Assembly (NCBI GenBank): GCA_013239625.1
Contig: MU053881.1
Location: 11,212,873 to 11,276,872 of the forward strand
Length of the DNA: 64,000 nucleotides
Direction: 5' to 3'
From: Lama guanicoe
Taxonomy: Eukaryota
Positions within the stretch are counted from its first letter, which is position 1. Each line of letters starts with the position of its first letter. Positions 1-12,800 of the stretch are shown here, piece by piece. A program made the position numbers and the translations under genes. The notes under the pieces were generated by a model. The model ran no database searches. It saw only the letters and a list, made by a program, of their open reading frames with translations, and was not told the DNA's origin.

Positions 1-1749
1 AACACTGATTGTCTTCATCATTGTCACACAATTATTACCACTTCTTTCTTGATAAAGGCACTTCTCTATCTTGTTCAGACATTTTTGAAATAGAACTTTT
101 ACACTAACATACTCTACTATAGGTCATAAAGTCATAGATGAAAACACTATTCATTGTATGCATATGAAGCAGCAACCCAAACACGGAAAGTACACCCAAC
201 TAAAGATAAAGAAATCAAAGTTTATAGTTAAGATTTGTGTTTAAGCTTTAAATTATTCCAGTTATGTATGGTGTGGTACAGCAATTAATTCAGCTATGTA
301 TTAATTAAAAAACAGACGAGTCCATGGAGAAATAACTTTCAGAGCCATTATAACTCTCAGAACTTGCAAGTTTTTAAAATACAGTTTAGTAACATGAAGT
401 GACAGCCTCCAAAAGTGTGTATTATGTTTCTTGAAATTAAGCATTTGCTAAAACAATGCTTACTACAGCATGGCAAGTGAGAAATAAAAGACACACACCA
501 CTTCGAACAGAAAACATCTGCTCTGTCTATACTTCATGTGGAGACCATTACTGAAAATATAGGTCAATTAATTTCTTCTGTTAGCTTTTCACTTTGCAAG
601 GATCACTTAGACTGTCAGATCCTACTTAAGAAATTCATTAGTGAAAACAAGGAAACCAATATTTGAGTAATTCTCTGTTAAAAATAAAAACAACAAGGAA
701 CTTTGCTGTGCTCCGGAGTTCCACTTCTCTTCCTTTTTGGTATCACTGCAATCATGTCCAGGCGTCAGACACTCACGCCTTCAGCTTCATTGTGCTCGCT
801 GACCTCCATCTCATCTATGTCATCCTATAGCATCTCCAGCAAATGTTACTTCCTTGCCTTTCATAATTGCCACAATCCCATTTCATACCAGGGCCAGTGA
901 AACGACCAACTGCCTTCTCCATTTTACATCAGTCTTGAAGTTGCATCAACTCTACTTTACTGCATTTAAAAGGCTTTTCATTACTCACACCTAGCAGTAA
1001 AAGTGAAGAAAGCCCTTAATACATATAATAATGTTAACTTATAATATTGCATCTTGAGATATTTGCTAATAAACTTTTCACATGATAAAACAACAAAATA
1101 TAACAGATATATCTGAAAGGTGAGATAAAGATAAAATAATCTTTTTAATTGCCTCCTAAGCATAGTTACTAATTCCATCACTAATAATAGTGGTTATTTA
1201 TGTACACACCAAACTGTCCTCTTAATAATTAAATTTTGGCCCATTTCCAAACAGTTTATATCCTAACTGTATGACCTCATTATGCTGGTGACCAACAGTT
1301 TATAATTAAATTTGTGGCATCACTACTATTTCTTATTGACTGTTTGTGCTAGCATTATGAGAGTGATCTTCAACTATTTTGTAAAACATCCACCCATTTT
1401 GCCAAGTTAAGCTTAGTGAAAACCGGACAGTATAATACATGAACCCACTAACCAGGTAGACAAAAATGTCAATAAGTAACAGTGAACTGAAAGCTAAAAG
1501 GAATGAGGGGGTGCACTGCCACCCCCATTGGCTGAAATCTCCATACTTTCCTAAAGGATGCTTCCCGACCAGGTGTTACAAGGGACCATGTGACACACAG
1601 ACTAAATGCTAATGCCAGATCAACCCATGTATTAAGTGTGACCAAGCTAAGCATTTTAATTGTAGATGAAAAACAATCATAGGAATTTCTAATATATATA
1701 GTTTTAAATACCCCGAAGGACTGTGATTTCCAAACCCTGGTTATGCACA

Positions 1750-2100
1750 TACTGCTTTAGAAATTACCATGCTGAAGTACGATTCTGATCACATCCCTCT
1801 GCTTTCTAAAACTGAGAGGCTTTCCATCGCTTTACTAAATTATCTTTACATTCAAGAGAGTCTACATTATAATTCCAATCTATGCTTCCCGATTAAATTT
1901 TATATATGTGCCGTTGGTTCTAATCACCTGGAAATAACTTACATTTTTCAAAAGTATACCATATCTTTACATCAATGAATTTCTGTTCAAGCTATTCCTT
2001 CCATCTACAATATTACTTCAGTTCCCATTTCCACCTATCAAAACACCTCTCATTCTTCAAAGGTCATCCCAAATACTATCTCGACGGAAATCTTTTAGAT
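1750..2100 (+). mobile_element. L2 LINE fragment, old
   Basis: L2-like phrases 'ctgatcacatccctctgctttctaaaac' and 'tcttcaaaggtcatcccaaatactatctc'; recognised from memory. Confidence 0.55.
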
Positions 2101-2614
2101 TTGTGAAATTAATTTCTAAGATATATCTCACTTTGGTCACACCTCTAGCATAAAACTAACCATGCACTGATTTCAAGAGGGTGTGGATTAATGTACAGCA
2201 TAACAGTTCTGTCAGGCTTGGGTGAGATAGAGTTGGCAGGTAAAATGAGTTGGGATCTTTTCTTGGCCCTTATTGGAGCCAAGTCAGGAAACTGGCTGAA
2301 GGTAAATACCAGAAGCCTCAGGTTCAGAATTTCTGAAATGATGGACCTTTGAAACACCGATGAACTGCTATAAAGTATTCTTCTGATAAAATTAAATAAT
2401 AGTACTTTCTCCTCTGAATTAAATATATATATATTTTTCTCAACTTTCTTTCTTTCCCCACAAATAAATATTTAAGTCTTTGATATCCTAATGTTTACAT
2501 TTCTCTCTTTTTTTCTTAGTTACTTGAGACTGAATATAGTTGTATTTATCGTGTTTCTCAAAGTGCAGAATGATTTCTAGCAGTGAACCATTGGGAGAGC
2601 CCATATTCCACATT

Positions 2615-2933
2615 ATTAATTGGAAACATTTTTCCACAAAAGGACAGACAGTAAATGTTTCAGGCTTTGCGGGTCATAGGGTGGCTGTTGTAACTATTCG
2701 GCTCCAGTGTTGTAAGTCACATAAATAAATGAGCCTGACTGTATTTCAATATATCTTCATCTACAGAAACAGGAGCTTTAATATACTTTTCACATGTTAA
2801 GAAATACTCTTCTATTGATTTTCTCCCCCAACCATTTATAAATGTTAAAAACCATCCTTAGCTCAAGGGCTGCTGAACACAAAACAGGAAATGGGCTAAA
2901 TTTTAACCATGGCCCACAGTTTGCCAGTCTCTG
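2615..2933 (-). mobile_element. MER58B-like hAT-Charlie DNA transposon fossil
   Basis: 'aaggacagacagtaaatgtttcaggctttgcggg' at one end and 'ggcccacagtttgccagtctctg' at the other match the MER58 termini; internal 'taaaaccatccttagctc'. Confidence 0.8.
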
Positions 2934-3049
2934 TCCAAGATCATCCATTTCCAAATTGTCTATGTTTCTGCTCCAGGCACTAACTTTTGGGACAAATCAG
3001 AAACAAAGAGGGCAAGATTCCCTATCAGAGAATTCTCATTTTATATTTT

Positions 3050-3560
3050 TGTAGGGAAGCAAACTTTGCCACCCCAAAATGTGTCTTTTTGACATGAGGA
3101 TTATTTTAGGCTGATTATTGTTAAGAAACAGAAGACGCAGAAAGTTTTTCTTGTTACCTTCCCCTTAGCTGTCTGAAGACTTCAGATAAAGGGCCAAGTC
3201 CAGGAAGGGCACCATCACCAGAGAGATCTGCACAGAACACAGGCCGGGTGTGGGCAGGCCCTAGAGATCAGAGTCCACTCTGTATCACATCACCTCTGCA
3301 GGACCCAGCAAACATTTATTTACCAAACAATTATTCTTCCACCTCCATGGACTTCCTTCCTCCCCTCTGAAGCCACACCCTACATCTTCTTTTGTCTTTA
3401 GCTGAAGTATTTAAGGTGAGGATTTTGGCCGTGCAGCTCAACTGCTCAGTTTTCTGGGGTCTCTCCCAAGGATCCATGTTATTAATCTTTCTGTTTGACT
3501 TCTTCCTGTTAATCTTTCTCTCGTCAATTTAATTCTTAAACCAGTAGACTAGCAGGAAGA
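3050..3560 (+). mobile_element. MER34-like ERV1 solo LTR, 3' end eroded
   Basis: Starts 'tgtagggaagcaaactttgccaccccaaaatgtgtc...aggattattttaggctg'; 3' part 'ttcctgttaatctttctc..caatttaatt'. Confidence 0.75.
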
Positions 3561-4109
3561 GAAACAGGGTCAACTGGAGTAACTGAGAAAGTACTTGGAA
3601 TAGTAGCTACTGCCTAGGAGCCATTTTAGAAAAGTGAATTTGGGGGACAAAAAGTAGAGAACGTGGTCCTGGTTTTAACACGGGGACTCAAAACTTTCTC
3701 TGCTTGGTTTTAAATGAACTCAATACTGGAATCTGAAAAATGTCTATTACAATTCAGCCTACCCAGATGTAACCTCCTTCTGTGCAGGCTCAAGCTTATT
3801 TATTAATTTACATCTTCTATGAGTCTATTATAGTATTTTAAATGCAATAATATTAATTTTGGTGAGTCTGAGTTTTTAACATGATTGAATGAACTGTTAG
3901 GACAATAAAAGTAAGGATTGTGCAATAGGATCCAATGTGGTAAGGAACAAGACCCAACTGCTAAGGAGATCTATTATAGCAATCACACTGTGAATTTAAA
4001 AAAGAATAAAAGACCCAATTTTCCTATTTTTGTTCCCATGAATCAAGATAATACTAAATGACAATGAACCTTAATTTCAAAAGCTTACTTCTAACATGTT
4101 GCAAGAAAT

Positions 4110-4618
4110 TGTAGGAGACAGACTTTGCCAGTCCAAAATAATGCAATTGGCATAAAGTTTATTTTAAGCTGGTTATTTTTAAGAAACTATAGCCTCAGAA
4201 GAAGCTATGAAAATCAAATAAAAGTTACACTTTGTAAAAGATATTCACATTTGTAAGGGAAATCTCCAGTTGTAAGGGTGTCTCCCCAGTTCACGCTGCA
4301 CAGTGAAGATGGGGGATGACTCGCATCAATGGAGAAGGCCTGAACTTAAACCTACACGACACTCCACCCTTGTTTACTGTGCTTTTTCTGGTAATCTCCC
4401 TTAACTGATTCCCCCAACCCCAGCACCTTTTTGTCTTTGGCTAGAAAAGGTACAAGCTTCGACCATTTTAGTGACTTAGTTTTCCCCTGGGTTTCTCCCA
4501 TGTATACTTGCCCTTAAACTTGTTTCTTTTTCTCCTGTTAATCTGTCTTGTGTCAATTTAATTATTAGGCCATCCAAAGAGTGTAGAAGGGGAGACAGAA
4601 AATTTTTCCTTCTCAACA
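4110..4618 (+). mobile_element. MER34-like ERV1 solo LTR, complete
   Basis: TG...CA termini; 4-bp TSD AAAT at 4106-4109 and 4619-4622; similar to the LTR at 3050. Confidence 0.8.
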
Positions 4619-4865
4619 AAATATACTCAAAGCTGGTATATAAAAAGATATATAGTTTCAATCTATGGGAGTAATTTGAATATCCTTTTTATTTTTCAAA
4701 TACTAACTGCGGCCAGGCTATTAAATTGGTGAAATGTAAGAAATTACCCTGTCCATTGTAATATGGCTGAAGATACCCTGGCTAAAGAATTACCAAGTGA
4801 CACACAGAATCTCTTTTCTATCTCTGATTAAAGGGTAGGGAAACATTAAACAAACCTGGCAGATT

Positions 4866-4910
4866 TAAAAAAAAAAAAAGAAGAAGAAGAAGAAGAAAAG
4901 AGAAAAACAA
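4866..4910 (+). repeat. poly(A)-(AAG)n purine tract
   Basis: A-run followed by AAG repeats, seen directly. Confidence 0.9.
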
Positions 4911-4973
4911 ATGTGGGAAAAAAACACCAAATGTTTGTTCAACTGTATTTTAAACACTTTAAGAAAGCCTTTT

Positions 4974-5105
4974 GGGGTGGGGAGGGGTGTAGCTTAGTGG
5001 TAGAGTGCATGCCTAGCATGCACAAGGTCCTAGGTTCAATGCCTATTACCTCAAAAGCAAATAAATAAATAAACCTAATTACCTCTGCCACCAAAAAAGA
5101 AAAAC
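4974..5105 (+). mobile_element. tRNA-derived camelid SINE (Vic-1 type)
   Basis: Pol III A box TAGCTTAGTGG (4990-5000), B box GGTTCAATGCC (5033-5043), characteristic tail 'aataaacctaattacctc' then A-run. Confidence 0.85.
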
Positions 5106-5419
5106 TTCTGAATAAGAAAACTGAGAAGCTCTAAATTTACTCTCTTAAATACAAGGCATCTTTAAAAAGGTCAATGAGCACATAAGAGTGTTTCCAGTTC
5201 TCCTCTCAATGACCATTTTTTTTTTCCTGATTTAGGCTAAAGTAAAACAATAGTTTGTTGTCATATTCAGCTTTAGATGCTTTAGACCATCTGATCTAAG
5301 GCTCTAATAAAGATGGGGTACAAAGAAGGCTGTATTCAGTAAAGTCAATTAAATGTTCAGTTCACTGAAAGATAATGTTATTATGGACCAGAAGGTTGTT
5401 GTTCGAAATGACTGGCTTA

Positions 5420-5620
5420 AAGGAGGTGCACTTCAGGACCTGGTGACTGATTTATAATGAAGGGTGAGGCTGGATAAGGTATCACAGATGATTCCAAAAG
5501 CTCTTCCCTGACAGCTGTATGGATAATGTTATCATCACTGAGAGGGAGTACTGCAGAAGACACAGATCTGGTTAGAAATATGAGTTTATTCATGGACCAC
5601 ATTGGGTGTGTACAAAATGT
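5420..5620 (-). mobile_element. L2 fragment
   Basis: 'caggacctggtgactgattt...gatgattccaaaag...tcactgagaggg...atgagtttattcatggac' follows the L2 antisense pattern. Confidence 0.7.
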
Positions 5621-5713
5621 CATGCTAAAAAAAAACCCCTAAAATTCAGAGAGGATTTCAGTGTTTAAAGAGTGGCTTCCCACATAGTATCTTAGCTGTT
5701 CCTTCTATCATTC

Positions 5714-6127
5714 TGTTGACCAAGAAATGGAAAAGGCTGGCAATAAGAAAGAATTTATTTGGGGTATTAGGAATTGCAACTTGGGAAACACAGATTTGGA
5801 TAATATCAAAAAATTATTTTAGGGAACGGAAAGAGTCAAAGATTTAGAAAGACAATAGTCACAAGGTTGCTAAAGTTGTCTGGAAAGAATTATGATTGAC
5901 CTTGAACATAAGAAAGAAAACTATTTGTCCTTAAGGGATAGGCAGTTACAGGTTATTTTAGAGTAAGGGTCCGATAAGTATTTCAGTTTCTGGAATACAG
6001 GCAAGGGTTCTGGATGACTGCATTATGACAACTGATGGTCACAGTTCAGTTTCCACCTGGGCTGAGACATACATAAGTTATACTTGGTCAGTGGCCTCCC
6101 AGCTCCATTCGAGAGAATTCTCTTAGA
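5714..6127 (-). mobile_element. ERV1 solo LTR (MER89/MER67-like)
   Basis: 'tgttgac...tttatttggggtattaggaattgcaacttgggaaacacaga' is an antisense polyA/U5 region; other end 'ggcctcccagctccattcgagagaattctctta'. Confidence 0.6.
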
Positions 6128-6179
6128 AATATCAACTCCATTTTCATTTGATTTTCCTTTCACAATCTCAAAATACAGT

Positions 6180-6610
6180 GAGATTCAAGGGCAGAGCCAG
6201 GTAGGAACTTTCTCACAAAGAGAACAAGGGCAAAGGTGTAAAGGGGTAAGAGTGGAGGTAAGCAGGTCACTCAAAGGGCTATTGCCAGAACAGAGAGCAT
6301 GCTCACTTGAACTAGGATGAAAGTCTTAGAAATGGATGAAAATGGACAGCTCTATTCTCCAGATAAAACTTGCAGGACACACTAATAAAGACGACATACA
6401 AGTAGAGGTGTTGAGTCAGACACACAAGTCTAAAATGATGAGACAGGTCAGGTCTGACAATGTAACCCACAGACTGTATATAGAAGCCATGGAATCAGTT
6501 GGGACAGGTAATAAGAGAGACTGGCTGGGTGAAAAAACAGTCCAGAAATAAGGACTAGGTTATTCCAACATTTTGAAGGAAAGTAGAAAAGAAACTAGAA
6601 AAGGATAATG
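6180..6610 (-). mobile_element. L2 fragment(s)
   Basis: Purine-rich L2-antisense-like text ('aagccatgga...aggactaggttattccaacatttt'). Confidence 0.5.
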
Positions 6611-6759
6611 ACATATAGGAAACGAAGTTTATTTTCTTGGTCATTTCTATAATATATATTCTTTTTAGCTAATGAACAGTTGAATTTATAATAATTTAGT
6701 TCTCTTTCAAAACTTGAAATGGGTAATAGGGCTTTGCCATTCAATAATTTTTTAAATAC

Positions 6760-6862
6760 GAAAAGGAATAAATATATATATGTATAACTGACTCACTATG
6801 CTCTACACCAGAAATTAATACAACAGTGTAAACCATCTATACTCTTCAATTAAAAAAAAAAA
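6760..6862 (+). mobile_element. Short L1 3' end with poly(A), artiodactyl/camelid type
   Basis: 'tgtataactgactcactatgctctacaccagaaattaatacaacagtgtaaacc...cttcaattaaaaaaaa'. Confidence 0.8.
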
Positions 6863-9800
6863 GAAAGTAGATAGATTTTTAGCAAGATGGTATTAACAGT
6901 AAAAAAAAAAAAAGTTTTTCCTAAAATATGTGCCTATTACCAACATTCAGTTTGCCCATGCCACATATGAAACTATAATTATATACCCTATTGCTTAGAT
7001 ATTATTTCATGAATTATATATTTGTAATAATTGCTTGATTTTAAGAATCAAATAAAACATGTATAAGAGTAAACTGTATTTATCTGGAAACACTGCATAA
7101 ATGAAAAATATTGTAAAGATACTTTGTCTTCATTTTAATTTCTATTGTATCTAAGTATTAAATATATATTCTCTATTATTTCATATTAAAATGTTATATT
7201 AATATTTTACATTAAATTTATCTATATCTTATATTATTTTTAGTTTCATCTTTATTCACTTCTTTTTAAGAGAAATTCTATCTCCGATAAAAGTGTAATA
7301 CATACATGAGAATGTAAAGAGGGGCACTGGGCATTGGCAAACCAAAGTACGTCCATGGAAAAGCTGCTAGAAGGAAGAAGGGCTGTGAACACTTTCAAAG
7401 AGGAGGAGGGAAAGCTAATGCCTAGAAGAGAACAGGAAGAAACCAGTGTTCACAGCGGCTAGAAAAAGACTGCAGCAAGCACTGAAATTCTTATCATGTA
7501 AAATTGTCAACTGTTGTAGGAACATTAGGAATATTATATGGGGAAAAAATAACCAAGAGGTGACTGAAAATGCACTAACAAAAATCCTGAATACTAACTG
7601 CCCAGAGAGGCATTATTGAAGAATGAGCTATTATTTTGACTTTGGTTTGAAGAAAAATGTTTTTATCTACATTGTACAACACCACAAATCTAATATTAAA
7701 AAGAGAGAAGACTGAATGCGGATTATACAGCTAAAATAATAATAATAATATAACAAAACTATTTGGCATAATTCCATGGCTTCCTTTGTTTGATAAACAC
7801 TTACTATTACAGGACTGAAATAACTATCACTTTTTAAAATATCTCTCACATGAGCTTAGTGATAATCTAAAAATTTTAAGTGATATGAGCACTTTTGGCC
7901 AGTATACTTCACTAAATTATAAAGAAAAAAAAAAGATGTTTGATTTCACCATAAAGAGACTATGTCTGACACCATTCTTTTCATAAAGGAAATGAACAAA
8001 CTGAAAGAATTATTGGAGCTATTTCAGTAAGACAAAAATAACTATCTTTGCCAAGAGATCCTTATTCTGTAGTGGGTAGAGCAAAACTGAGAGGACCTGA
8101 GAATTTTTAATGGCCTACAATTGAAAAGAGAAGTTGCAGAACATTTGTTGAAGTTTCTTTGTGGGATAAGAAATTATAAATATCAAGACACAGTGAAGGT
8201 ATGACATCACAACGCAGTTTTTCAAATGATTAAGGAGAACCTAAAGCAGGAAATCCTCCCAGAGTGGTCAGTGATAGAGCAGCAGCATAGAGTGAAAAGT
8301 ATCAGAATTATACACACTTACTTTCCTAGTTCACTAACTAAAATCTTACAAACTTTTAACTCACTTTAATGACAAATTCTAAAATTTCAGTACCTGCAGA
8401 ATATTCAGTGATATTTAAAAATAAATCTAAACATCTCATTTAGTGCTTGCAAGAAAAATAAAACATTTTAATTTACATTTTTTTTGAAAGATAAGTTCAA
8501 ATGTAGAATCTAATTCAGTATACTATGACTTAAGTGTTTACAATATAACCTAGGGAAATAACATGTTTAGAACACTGACCTTATCATCAGTGTGTTCTAA
8601 GGTCCAAATATCAACCCAATACACATTGGGACTATAACTTGTTTGTAATTTGGATGCCATTAGAATTTTCTAGGATTTTCATATTGTGTTTACATAAGTT
8701 TATTTAAAAATAGGTATCTAGAAAAAAGTAGTGATAAATACTGAAAGAAATATAATAAAGTAGAAGAGGAAAATGCTGTAAAGCTTACAGGTTAGAAAAA
8801 CAGAAGAAAGCCACAAAAAGTTTTTCCACAATAAGGAAGCCACATGATTTCTCAACCATGTGAAAGAGATAACAAGCAGAAAATGTTTAATACGCATTGA
8901 GAAAAAAAAGAAAATTAGGTTATATTTAGGGAGAAATTTCAATCTTAGAAGACTACAAGTTACTAGGATGTATATAAATTCTCTTTGGAGCTAAGAAATT
9001 TTTAGATAGTTATCTCAAATTAGAAGCTAATGCTGTATCTAGACAAATCCTTTTCTTTCAGTTCTTCTGTTTTTCTTCTCTCTTTTTTTAACTTTTATTT
9101 CATATCCAAATGCTATTATATATGAGTCATAAGAATTCAGTAATTTCTGCTCCCGTAAACATAATTTTCACTTGTTTTAATTAATGCCTACTAGGCATTG
9201 CTTATCCTTTGTAAAATTAAAACACGCTTAGAGAATACAATGCTTCCTATATACTGTGGAAGGCATTTTTTCAAAGATTTATTTTATATACAAAGTAAAC
9301 TTCCATTACACCGATAAAAAAAATAACATGATATGCACTGAATGATTTGCTTGGAATCAGCCAGTTAAACTATAGTCTAATGCTTACTTGTGAAAAAATG
9401 ATTGAGGATCAGTTCTGTCATTGTGCCACAACTAATTAAAAATTTATCTCAAGAGACTTCTCAGAGTGAAGTCTTAATCTAATAAATACATTTTTAAGGG
9501 ACACTCATATAATAATGCTTGGAATACTCAGCATACCATATAAAGTGTTCCTGTAGTGGTTTTAAGCATTTTTTGTTTGTTTCCTTTTTGTTGTCATTAG
9601 GGTAAACTTCTCTGTAAATTACCATTGTTAAGGTTTCTTGAAGAGGTAAATCTTAGATGGTTCTCTGGAAGTGCTGCATTTAGATGAGTCATAGAAGTCG
9701 CATTTTGTTCAAACTAACTTTAAAAACTCAGTTTAAGGTTCTTCAAGAATAAGAATTTTGAATTTGAATGAACAACTTAAAGGTGTTGGTAAAGTCAGGT

Positions 9801-12800
9801 ATGGTAACAATAATAAATAAGCATATATTAAGAGTCAATCTTTGTACAAAATGTCTTTTACTATTCTTGTAGCCAAGTTATTTTTTGAAGAAGCATTTTT
9901 GTGAATGATTTGACTACTGTTTAGAATATTCAAGTCATCTTTCCAGTTGGAATCATTTTCAATTTTAAGACCAAATGAATTGATTCTAAGTTCAAATATA
10001 ATTTTAGAAAAAGTTTAAAAGCAAAAAACATTTTAGTCATTTTTGGATAAAATAATATGGTTGATTTAATTTACATGTAAAAATCTCCCAAATCTATTTA
10101 TTAGCCATAGTATTTGGAAAAAGAGCTCAGGTGAAAGAAACAAACAGCAAAATGTGATTTATACGTCAGGTCGGCAAACACTGATGAGAAAGTCAATGGG
10201 AATTAATTAACCAGTATGTTTTAAAATTTGTAGCTTTAATTATCTTTCACCTAATACATTTAAGAAAATATAACAAACATAAATGCTTTGGGGTGAAGTA
10301 AATTTGTCCTCAGTGGCTTGACAAATCAATCATGAAGTAAAATTTCTAAGATTTAGGGCAAGTATTTCTCATAAGGGAGAAATTGCTTTTACTCAAGCTC
10401 CTCAATTTTAAGTTCAAATTCTAAAAGAAAAAAAAATGAAAGGGGAAAAATAAGTACTCATTCTTATGAAGGTAAAAGGAAATGTGGATATTGGGCTACA
10501 TTTAGAATTCTCAAATAAACCAATAAATGTATTTTTGTTGTTTGGCAGGACCCAAAGTTGCCAAAAAATAAATAACTTGTGCCAATTTTTATTTTCTATC
10601 ACAAACTTTTGTTCGCAACTTTTAAAAAGAAGAACATAATTAAATATTCTTTGTTCTAGCCATCTAATTTTTACATGTATTTTACTGGCAAAGCATGAAT
10701 TTGTCTTGCACAAGCTGAAAGAAAAACAAAATTAGCACTTCTAAAAATACCTTAAAAGGTGGAAAATATAATTTTAAATCCTACCATTTAACTTTAAGTA
10801 CTTGAAAACAATCACCAAAGTGAGTTTCTATGTATCAAAAAATTAAAATAAAAAACTAAGCAGATGTTGCCTAAGTGTTGCCTTTAATTTTTTTCCATTT
10901 GTGTAGACATATCAGTCATTTTTCATTTGTGTCCACATATCAATATTTAACTTATTAGTCAGTAACTATTCTCTAATTCTTCTTCTTTACTTTTTTCATT
11001 CTTCAACAGCAGTATAGAAGTAAATTGAAAATGTAACATTAAAAATGTGTCAAGAGAGTTATTTGGAGACTTACAATATTAACATGTGTCATCTTAAAAA
11101 TAGAAACAAATGATAATATGAAGCATGTAAGAAAATAAATATGAATATAGAGGATAGTGACAAGTCCAGCAGTAAGAGGAGATATACTTGGAAGTTTTTA
11201 CTCCACTGGAGAAAACTACTTATGAAATAACTCATCATTTTATGCTTAGAATTTTCAACAATTTCTCTTAGCTGATGCATCACTGAAAATATTTGATTTT
11301 TGACTTAATCTAACAAATAGAATATTTTCATTTGAAAAGCTGCACATACCCACAACCTAAAGTTTTAGAAAGAGTATTCACAGTTTCTAATAATCCAAAA
11401 TTATATTAGTGTTGCATCTAAATATATCTTAGTATGTTTGGAATTTTGACTATAACTATAATTTCTCAAATAAATTGCCTTTGGTGAAATTATCTTGTGA
11501 CTATAAACTCTTTTATAAGTTTTTCAAATTAATTCTTCTCATTTTAATCAGCAATCTTAAATTTAGAAAGAAGATTGAAATATTAAAAAAATGTATTTCC
11601 ACATAACACCTATTAGATATTTTTAACTAAAATGAAAATAAAACCAGAATTAAATTTTAGGGATATACAAAATAATTTTATAATAATCACTTGCAATTTT
11701 CAAAGTATTATAAGTGCATATTCCTTCAAATTCTGCTTTCCAATATTTACATTAATTTAATAAAACTAACACCAAACTGTCCACATTGGAAGACTTTCTT
11801 TGGAATGATGTCACTATGGGTTTATTCATTTCATCTCTTTGATAGAAATATATCTCATTTAGATATAAATTTTATTGAACTGGACAACATGCTGAGCAAA
11901 AATATAACTGCAATATCCTCTAGTCAGCAAAAGTAGAAATTATTGCATGACAAGAGTCAAGAGAGTATGATTAGGACATTAAAAAGAACGATAGTTAAGC
12001 AAGAGTGACCGTCACTGCTAACTGCTCATCTTCTCAGGGCCACTTGGCATGTTTCTCAGTCTGTGTCCCAATGGAGTGGATTAGAAGGCCAAAAAAACAT
12101 TACGCCTTTTATACAATGTGCAGGTGACTGGTTCCGAAACAAAGTAAACACAAAATAATGAAAGTAGAATGCCTGTTACTTTAAAAGGCAGTTCTTGGTA
12201 ATGCTTCCCTTTGGCAATTTTTAGGTCTTTACTTTAAATTTAATAGTTAAGTGTATAAAGACATAATTTTGTGTATATTGGGTAGCTCAAAGGAGTTTTC
12301 ATTGCAATAGAGCATCCTTGGAGAATTTACAGAATCTTCTTCAGTCAATTGCAATTCTGATGTTCCACATGGTTACAACATTTTTATCTCATTAATGCCT
12401 AATTTACAAGCATAAACCATTCTAAATGTATCAGAACAGATGTAGGAAATAATTATAATTTAGACTGAAATCTTCATCTCCTAGTCACGTATTTTTAAGC
12501 CATCTATCTTAAGGAAAAGAAATTAATAACCTATTGAAGAGGATTCAAAGAAATAAAAAAGTTTTCCAATTTAAAAAAATGGTGCCACAATTTAAGTTAT
12601 CCATTTCTACCAGTTTACCTATTACTGCACAGATGTGCAACACCTGCTGTATTGAGCTATACGGTTTATAACAGGACACGTGCAGCATTGATAGGACAAC
12701 CTGAATCTATTTAAATATGCTTTTTCATGGAGCCTCCCATCATAGCCCTTGGACATTTAGCTTAATGCTTTGAGAGTTCCTCAAATTTTGTTTTTGACTT

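Noticed and set aside
3050..4618. Two similar same-orientation LTRs as the ends of one provirus
   Set aside because: The second LTR has its own AAAT TSD, the copies are quite diverged, and I see no PBS or internal ERV sequence in the ~550-bp spacer.
4980..5052. tRNA-like gene (A and B boxes)
   Set aside because: No convincing acceptor stem, and it is followed by the Vic-1 tail and A-run; it is a SINE head.
10890..10945. Short tandem duplications (also atccaaggatat x2 at ~39089-39120)
   Set aside because: Two-copy slippage duplications; no array or spacer structure.
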